Translations under genes and position numbers: made by a program
Assembly: GCA_021513695.1 (NCBI GenBank)
Contig: CP084166.1
Coordinates: forward strand, 1,344,001 to 1,408,000
Reading direction: 5' to 3'
Source: Candidatus Heimdallarchaeum aukensis
GTDB lineage: Archaea; Asgardarchaeota; Heimdallarchaeia; Heimdallarchaeales; Heimdallarchaeaceae
DNA: 64,000 nt
The notes under the pieces: model-generated
What the model was told of the DNA's origin: nothing
Databases searched by the model: none
The model's input: only the letters and a program-made list of their open reading frames with translations
Shown: positions 57,650 to 64,000 of the stretch, piece by piece
Layout: the number at the start of each line of letters is the position of its first letter
Position numbering within the stretch: the first letter of the stretch is position 1

Positions 57650-59677
57650 ATGAGCGAAAAACCAGTAGATAAAATTGCTGGAATAATTAATGATCATATA
57701 TTCGAGAATTATAAAAAAAACATTACAATTATCTGGAATAAACCTCCTTCTTCAAATTTGGGTGATGTGAGTTTTCCTCTTTTCTCTATAGCTAAAAACG
57801 TAGGAGAGAAGATAGAAGTAATTGGTCAATCACTTAAATCAAAAATAGAAAATCAAGAAGTTGTTGAAAAAGTAGAACTAAAAGGTGGTTTCCTTAATAT
57901 CTTTTTTAACAGAAATTATTTTTCTGATAAGGTATTAAAAAACGTAGTAAAAGCAGAAAAATATGGTAAATCAACTGTAGAGTCGTCCAAACGGGTTATT
58001 ATTGAGCATACATCTAGTAACCCTAATGGTCCTCTTCACATTGGTAATTTTAGGGGGTCAGTAGTTGGTGATTTACTAGCAAGACTTTACAAAATGAGTG
58101 GAGCAGCAGTAAATGTTAGATATTACGTTAACGACTTGGGAAGACAAATTGCTCCAGTTGTTATAGGTTATAAATTACTTAAAAAAAATAATATTGCACC
58201 AGATACAAAAATTGACCTATGGATTGGAAAAATCTATGCAACGATGAATACATTATTAGATATTCAAGAAATAAAAAAAGAGATACAAACGAAAACTGGA
58301 AAATATCATATTAATGATGATTTAAAGTATAAAATAGAACCAAACGATAAAGAAGAAATAGAAAATTTACTAATGTCTAGTGAGTTGGACGAAAAAACAA
58401 AGGAAATTCTATTAAAAAGAACAAAGAAACTATTTTCTGTTCAGAAAGCTCTTTCATCAAAAATACCTGATCTCTTTAACTTATTGAGAAAACTTACAGA
58501 AAAAGAAGTAAGTGATTTATCATCTTTAACACAAGAATACATCGAGGAATATCTAAAAGGAGAAAATAAACAGATCGTGAGTGAATATAGAGAATTAACA
58601 GAAAAAGCTCTTTCAGGGCACATTGAGACTTTATCAAGATTCAACATTTTTCATGATGATTTTGACAGAGAATCAGATATTGCTTGGTCAGGTGAAGTAA
58701 AGGAAATTCTTCAAAAATTAGAAACAAAACAATGGTTAAGGCATGATGGGAGAGCTAGATTGTTAAAAAATGATGAAATTGCAACAGCCCTTAGATACAA
58801 AGAAAAATACAATATCAAGCATGAAATTCCTGATTTAATCCTTGTAAATTCTGAAGGAATTCCTCTCTATCCATGTAGAGATATTGCCTATCATCTACAC
58901 AAATTAGAGAAGTTTAACGCTAATTTATGTATAAATGTAATTGGAAAACAACAGCAATCTCTCCAATTAGGAGTGCGTTTAGCTTTATATGCTCTCAACA
59001 GAAGTGACATCGCTGATAAAATCATTCACTTTGATTATGAATATGTTACATTAGTTGGAAGAAAAATGGCAGGGAGAGAACTTGAATATGTAACACCAGA
59101 TGAATTATATTCACTTGCTAAAGAGGAAGTCTATAAATTCTTGAATGAAAGAGATTATTCGGAAGAAGAGAAATCAAATATAGCCAATATTGTCTCAGCT
59201 GCAAGCGTAAAAATATCAATTGCAAAGATTGACCCGAACAAAGCAGTAATGTTTGATGTCAAAAAGGCTACTGATTTGAATGAAAACAGTGGACCTTTTC
59301 TTTTGTATTCTTTCACTAGAGCTAAGAATATTATCATAAAAGCAAAAGAAGAGAGCATACCAATTGAAGATATTATAAATAATTGTGAAACAGTTGAAAT
59401 ATCAATTGTAAAAGATGAAGAGTGGAACCTTATCAAACTCATAGAAGAATTACCTATGATATATAAACGAGCTATAAACACAAAACGTCCAGACACCATT
59501 GTAAACTTTAGTTTTGAGTTGTGTAAGGCGTTTAATAAATTCTATGACAATTGCCCAGTAATTAGTGAGAATGACGAAAAGGTTAGAAAAACTAGAATAT
59601 TAATTGTACAATCTACAATAAAAGCTCTTGAGAGCCTATTTGAAGTCTTAGGAATAGATTCTTTAGAAAAGATGTGA
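57650..59677 (+). CDS. argS: Arginine--tRNA ligase with an unusually long K/E-rich insertion
   Basis: HTSSNPNGPLHIGNFRG is class I HIGH and matches ArgRS S-A-NPTGPLHIGH. The DALR anticodon-binding C-terminus is present. Length is 675 aa, and a charged insert of about 100 aa lies around residues 205-310. Confidence 0.8.
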   Translation: MSEKPVDKIAGIINDHIFENYKKNITIIWNKPPSSNLGDVSFPLFSIAKNVGEKIEVIGQSLKSKIENQEVVEKVELKGGFLNIFFNRNYFSDKVLKNVVKAEKYGKSTVESSKRVIIEHTSSNPNGPLHIGNFRGSVVGDLLARLYKMSGAAVNVRYYVNDLGRQIAPVVIGYKLLKKNNIAPDTKIDLWIGKIYATMNTLLDIQEIKKEIQTKTGKYHINDDLKYKIEPNDKEEIENLLMSSELDEKTKEILLKRTKKLFSVQKALSSKIPDLFNLLRKLTEKEVSDLSSLTQEYIEEYLKGENKQIVSEYRELTEKALSGHIETLSRFNIFHDDFDRESDIAWSGEVKEILQKLETKQWLRHDGRARLLKNDEIATALRYKEKYNIKHEIPDLILVNSEGIPLYPCRDIAYHLHKLEKFNANLCINVIGKQQQSLQLGVRLALYALNRSDIADKIIHFDYEYVTLVGRKMAGRELEYVTPDELYSLAKEEVYKFLNERDYSEEEKSNIANIVSAASVKISIAKIDPNKAVMFDVKKATDLNENSGPFLLYSFTRAKNIIIKAKEESIPIEDIINNCETVEISIVKDEEWNLIKLIEELPMIYKRAINTKRPDTIVNFSFELCKAFNKFYDNCPVISENDEKVRKTRILIVQSTIKALESLFEVLGIDSLEKM

Positions 59678-59687
59678 AGGTAAAAAA

Positions 59688-60671
59688 ATGATACATGCAG
59701 GATTTGATCCATCCTTTATTGATATAAACATCAGACCTTTAACCAGTGAAAACGAGCTGTTATCAAAGCTTCCTGCATTTGGAGAACATTGGCCAAACAC
59801 TGAAATTACTTTTATTCCAGGAGGAAATGGATTTAACTTCTGTCGTACTTTATCTTCATTAGGAGAAAATACAACCTATGTCGGACCTTTAGATGATTTT
59901 TTTGTTTCACTAGTAAACGAACAAAAAATAAATGTTGATCTTATTGGAATAGAGGGAGCAAAGGTAAATTATACTGCCATATTGAATACGCATAAAGGAG
60001 AAATTCAATTTAACAACATTCGAGGAGAACTTTCGCCTAGTTTACTAAATGAAAAAATCCTAAAACTTTTTTTAAAATCTCCTGTTAAACCTATAAGCAA
60101 CATTGCTTTTAACCCTAAAGCTAATGAATGGGTCAGTTCTCTACTACTTGGATTAAGAGAGGAATATGATCAATTAATTTTTAGTGATAACACAAAGTTG
60201 GAAGAAAAAATAAAACTCTTAAATGGAATTTCTTTTGAAGGAATAATTTTTGTAGATCCTTCTGATATTTCTCATTATCCAAGAATAAAAGAATTTTTTC
60301 AGATACTACAAGCACTCAACACCATGGAAGGAGACAAGTATCTTTCAGTTAATGAGTTTGAAATGAACAGACTTCTATCATTACATAACATTTCTCCACT
60401 TGAACTATCAAAAACCCTTAATTATCCAATTATTTTTCATACAACAGAAGTTGTAAAGTTTTATTACAACGGAGAAGAGTTATATTCATTAGATACACAA
60501 AAGCTTTCGGAAAAGAAGACTTTTGTAGGAGCTGGGGATGTTTTTAATGCTTCTTTTGTTTTTAAAGTGTTAAAAAGTAGTCATATTGAAGATGCTTTAA
60601 ATTATGCGATAAAATCAGCAAGTTTTTTAATTGAGAAAGGAGTCTATCCCTCTAGTGAAAACTTGAAATAA
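59688..60671 (+). CDS. PfkB/ribokinase-family carbohydrate (or nucleoside/ribose-phosphate) kinase
   Basis: GGNGFNF is the motif 1 GG region. FVGAGDVFNASF is the PfkB motif 2 GAGD. Confidence 0.55.
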   Translation: MIHAGFDPSFIDINIRPLTSENELLSKLPAFGEHWPNTEITFIPGGNGFNFCRTLSSLGENTTYVGPLDDFFVSLVNEQKINVDLIGIEGAKVNYTAILNTHKGEIQFNNIRGELSPSLLNEKILKLFLKSPVKPISNIAFNPKANEWVSSLLLGLREEYDQLIFSDNTKLEEKIKLLNGISFEGIIFVDPSDISHYPRIKEFFQILQALNTMEGDKYLSVNEFEMNRLLSLHNISPLELSKTLNYPIIFHTTEVVKFYYNGEELYSLDTQKLSEKKTFVGAGDVFNASFVFKVLKSSHIEDALNYAIKSASFLIEKGVYPSSENLK

Positions 60672-60730
60672 TAATAAACGAATAATAAACAAAATATAAT
60701 AAGATTTCATATTTCTTAAGTGTGGTTTAA

Positions 60731-61765
60731 ATGAAAAAATTATCTGTAGAAGATTCAGAAGCTTACAAAAAGATAGAGAAGAGAGTAACGATGTTAAATT
60801 TGGTTAAACAATATTACGCCTCAGGAGCTAATTATTATGAATTTGATTCGGGGGATGTTCCTTTACGAGAATTAATCAGATTTATGAATGATGAAGGATA
60901 TCCACGTCGGTTACCAGAAGCAGATATAGTTTTGAAAAGGATAGATGAAGAAATAAATGAACTAAATGAAAAAAAGAAAAACATGCGATTAGAAGAAATT
61001 GAGTCACGTAATTTGAATTCTCTACTTATTATTCCAAGTTGGACCAAACTTATTGGAACCCAAATGAAAGGTTACTATTTAGGAAAACCAGTTAGAGAAC
61101 TAAAGAGAGACACTATAGTAATGTTAACTGATACTACACAAATGTTTAAAGAAATAACTGAAGAAAGAATAGCAGTTATTTTTGGTCCTGGCATCTTTTA
61201 CAGTGAATTTTCCATTGAGCCAGGTAATTTCTTAACAAATAGCTTTGAAATTAATGGAATATGTCTTCCTTTGGACTTATTAGGTAAGATATATACAGCA
61301 GAGAAGATATACCACTCTGATAAAATTGAAGCAACAATTACAGAAGTTTCAACAATTTTACCTTTTCATATAATTGAACAACCTCAGACAATTCAAGCTT
61401 ACATAAGAGGGGTTATTAGCCGCAATGTCTTTTATCCAAATAAAGCTGCATTAGAATTTTTCAATAAGCATGCAGTCGATGATAAATCTTACAAAATTGA
61501 AGAAGGTTTCAAAATTCTTTCAGCACACCCACTGTGGTTTAATAAGCTCTTAGTAAACAGTAGCCAGATTCCAAAATCAGGAAGTGGAAAGAAGGAGTAT
61601 AGTACAGCTGGTTTAGGTACAGTTTCTGCTTCAATAAATAAGATCCTACCGTTAATATTCTCTTCTCCATCAAAAGAAGAGGAACAATTAGAGAAAATTA
61701 AAGAAATAGCAAAACAGTATAAGGAGATGGGTTTAGGCATTTTAAAAAGTTGGATTCCAACTTAA
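60731..61765 (+). CDS. Hypothetical protein
   Basis: 344 aa with no motif. It lies between the PfkB kinase and the nucleoside phosphorylase. Confidence 0.3.
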   Translation: MKKLSVEDSEAYKKIEKRVTMLNLVKQYYASGANYYEFDSGDVPLRELIRFMNDEGYPRRLPEADIVLKRIDEEINELNEKKKNMRLEEIESRNLNSLLIIPSWTKLIGTQMKGYYLGKPVRELKRDTIVMLTDTTQMFKEITEERIAVIFGPGIFYSEFSIEPGNFLTNSFEINGICLPLDLLGKIYTAEKIYHSDKIEATITEVSTILPFHIIEQPQTIQAYIRGVISRNVFYPNKAALEFFNKHAVDDKSYKIEEGFKILSAHPLWFNKLLVNSSQIPKSGSGKKEYSTAGLGTVSASINKILPLIFSSPSKEEEQLEKIKEIAKQYKEMGLGILKSWIPT

Positions 61766-61862
61766 ACCTAGATTCATTTTCTAATTTTTTTCGAAAAAGT
61801 ATTTCGTAAGATTCACAACGTTTTTTAACACAGCAAAGTTTCTTTTATAATAAAAGGATAAT

Positions 61863-63386
61863 GTGATAACTATGATTATAAAAATTGAACCAAGCTTAGA
61901 TAATGAACCTTATTTTGCATTGATTAATTCTGAATTTGCTTCTAAATACTCTTTACACCCAGGTCAACTTGTTGAGATTACACCTTATAATGTGGGAATG
62001 AAAATAAGACCTAGTGAAACATACCCCCCAAACACTTTAGGAATATCACAAAAAGCCTCGAAAGAATTTTCAATTAGAGGGGGCGAAGAAGTTGAAATCA
62101 GAGAGATTATCAATGAAAATATTATACATGTAATTCATAAAAAAATGAAAGGGACACACCTTAATGAGAATGAGATTAACATGTTATTTTCTGCAATTGA
62201 TAAAAACCTTATTCATCCATCACAAATTGCAGTATTAATGAGTTTATTCGAAGTTGTAGGATTATCTATGGATGAAACAACTTCAGTTGCAAAAGCAATT
62301 ATTAATAATTCACGAAGACTTATTCACAAAAAGAAGCCAGTTGTTGACAAGCACAGTATTGGTGGAATTGCAGGAAACAGAATTACACCCATAATGATTC
62401 CTATTCTAGCTGCAGCTGGATTAACTATTCCTAAAATTTCTACAAGAGCGATTACATCTCCTGCAGGAACAATAGATACTGTAGAACTTCTGATGCCATG
62501 TGATTTAACATTATCAGAAATGTCTGAAGTAGTAGAAAAAACAGGAGGGTGTGTTGTTAGTGGTGAGAATGTAGGTCTTGCTGATGTAACTGACAAGATT
62601 ATACATGTGCTAGACAGCATTAAAATTGATCCAAAAGAGTTTATGGTAGCGAGTATTTTAAGTAAAAAAATTGTAGCAGGTTCAGAATATGTTCTTATTG
62701 ATTTACCAACTGGTAAAGGAGCAAAAGTCTCTAGTAGAGAAAAAGCTAAAGACCTTGGAAGACTATTTACCTCTATTGGAACTTCATTAAAATTACAAAT
62801 GGATTGCATTATCAGTCCTGGAGATAGACCAATAGGGAGTATGATAGGACCAAGTTTAGAAGCTATTGACGTCCTGAATATACTAAAAGATCAATCAGGA
62901 AGCAATGACCTGATGAATAAAGCTGTATCTCTCTCGGGTATTATTTTGGAAGCTCAAAATTTAGTTCCCCGTGGCTCTGGACACAAGATGGCTTTAGACT
63001 TACTGAAAAGTGGAAAAGCTTATGAAAAATTCAAAGAGATTGTTGAAGCACAAGGAGGGAACCCAGACATAAACATTGAAGACATCCCAAAAGCAAAATA
63101 TGTAGAAGAGATAAAAGCTACTCAAGACGGTGTGATTTATGCCATAGACAGTGCTAGTATATCCACTTTAGCTCGTCAAGCGGGTGCACCATTTGACAAA
63201 ACAGCAGGAGTAAAAATCATGGTAAATAGAGGAGACAGAGTTAAAAAAGGTGACACTCTCTTTGAAATACACTCCTCTTCATCTAGTAAACTGAGCGCTT
63301 CTGCAGAATTAGCTAGAACAAAGTTTGAAGCAATAGATATGGAGAGAATGATACTTGAAGTAATTTCAGGACCAAAAGAGATGTGA
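61863..63386 (+). CDS. deoA: AMP phosphorylase / thymidine-phosphorylase family protein (archaeal DeoA-type with N-terminal extension)
   Basis: KHSIGGIAGNRITPIMIPILAAAGLTIPKISTRAITSPAGTIDTVE matches the pyrimidine-nucleoside phosphorylase KHSTGG...SGRGLGHTGGTLD core. The 507 aa length with an N-terminal extension of about 90 aa is typical of archaeal AMPpase. Confidence 0.75.
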   Translation: MITMIIKIEPSLDNEPYFALINSEFASKYSLHPGQLVEITPYNVGMKIRPSETYPPNTLGISQKASKEFSIRGGEEVEIREIINENIIHVIHKKMKGTHLNENEINMLFSAIDKNLIHPSQIAVLMSLFEVVGLSMDETTSVAKAIINNSRRLIHKKKPVVDKHSIGGIAGNRITPIMIPILAAAGLTIPKISTRAITSPAGTIDTVELLMPCDLTLSEMSEVVEKTGGCVVSGENVGLADVTDKIIHVLDSIKIDPKEFMVASILSKKIVAGSEYVLIDLPTGKGAKVSSREKAKDLGRLFTSIGTSLKLQMDCIISPGDRPIGSMIGPSLEAIDVLNILKDQSGSNDLMNKAVSLSGIILEAQNLVPRGSGHKMALDLLKSGKAYEKFKEIVEAQGGNPDINIEDIPKAKYVEEIKATQDGVIYAIDSASISTLARQAGAPFDKTAGVKIMVNRGDRVKKGDTLFEIHSSSSSKLSASAELARTKFEAIDMERMILEVISGPKEM

Positions 63387-63390
63387 GTGA

Positions 63391-63927
63391 ATGAAGGAAC
63401 AAAGTAACAATTCCTTTACTTTTTCTTTTTCATATTTAATTTATCAATTGCCCAAAATCTATTCTATAGAGAAAATAATAGAATTAATAAAAACATATAA
63501 TTTGAAAAACAAAAGTGTGACTTTTCAAGTTATAAACCCTAAATATATTATTAGTAAAAAACAATTAGAAATTGCAATATATCAAACAATGGTTGCGTTT
63601 CATTCAAATGAAAATATTGCAAGAGATAAAGGAACAGAGTTGTTACTTAGGCTCTCTGGACACAGACAAATAAAAAAAGCGCTAAAAGTTTTTGGAATAG
63701 AAGAACAGTCTGAATATGTTATGTTTATCGGATTTGGAGATTCAGAAGAGGAAATAAATAGAAGTTTAGTAAAAATATCTGAAGAAATTGGATTCAATGT
63801 TAAAGAGTCTATACAATTACCAGTCTCCAATATCAAAATACTAAAAGATTTTTACGATTATAATGAAAATATTGATGATTTAGAAAAAGCAGCTATAGAA
63901 AAAATTGTTACACTAAAATTAGACTAA
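63391..63927 (+). CDS. cgi121: Cgi121-like KEOPS subunit candidate
   Basis: LLRLSGHRQIKKALKVFG resembles the archaeal Cgi121 ASGQRQI region. The C-terminal ...EKIVTLKLD resembles the Cgi121 tail. Length is 178 aa. The call is from memory of Cgi121 sequences. Confidence 0.45.
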   Translation: MKEQSNNSFTFSFSYLIYQLPKIYSIEKIIELIKTYNLKNKSVTFQVINPKYIISKKQLEIAIYQTMVAFHSNENIARDKGTELLLRLSGHRQIKKALKVFGIEEQSEYVMFIGFGDSEEEINRSLVKISEEIGFNVKESIQLPVSNIKILKDFYDYNENIDDLEKAAIEKIVTLKLD

Positions 63928-64000
63928 CAGAAATAATAATCAAAGCATGTTTTTTACATCTTATTGAAACAGATAATTTGTTCAACTTATTCATATGTTT

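Noticed and set aside
1-64000. Searched for CRISPR arrays, rRNA, tRNA and IS elements
   Set aside because: There are no short regularly spaced direct repeats with spacers and no GC-rich about 75 nt islands in the AT-rich intergenic regions. There are no transposase-like ORFs or terminal inverted repeats. The only repeat found is the 2.74 kb tandem duplication.

Overview
AT-rich (about 30% GC by eye), coding-dense archaeal chromosomal segment. The archaeal assignment rests on TFB (a TFIIB homologue), a primase PriS/PriL operon, an archaeal-type AlaRS, a RecJ/Cdc45-like DHH nuclease, a Cgi121 (KEOPS) subunit, a SepF-like protein and a short SMC followed by ScpA/ScpB-like genes. Oligo-T terminators and Shine-Dalgarno-like motifs are present. 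Several roadblock/LC7/longin-like proteins and a multi-winged-helix protein with a RING-like zinc module fit an Asgard (Lokiarchaeia-like) lineage. This is inference from composition and gene content, not proven. I found no rRNA, tRNA or CRISPR array. The outstanding structural feature is a perfect 2.74 kb direct tandem duplication (about 7924-10661 and 10662-13400). It joins the interior of the smc gene to the interior of a large surface-glycoprotein gene, creating one truncated copy of each gene next to the intact genes. Other points of interest follow. A roadblock-domain gene cluster sits next to a RecJ-like nuclease that carries a DnaJ-type CxxCxGxG zinc finger. An 8x winged-helix protein ends in a zinc ribbon plus a RING-like cross-brace candidate. 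An orphan ABC ATPase is translationally coupled to a MazG-like gene. A TPR gene is interrupted by a one-base poly-A frameshift. There is a set of secreted or anchored hydrolases (S8 protease, PLD with lamin-tail domain, AlkP-like, PKD-domain protein) whose C-terminal anchors are TM helices followed by basic residues. All functional calls are from motif recognition by eye; no database searches were run.
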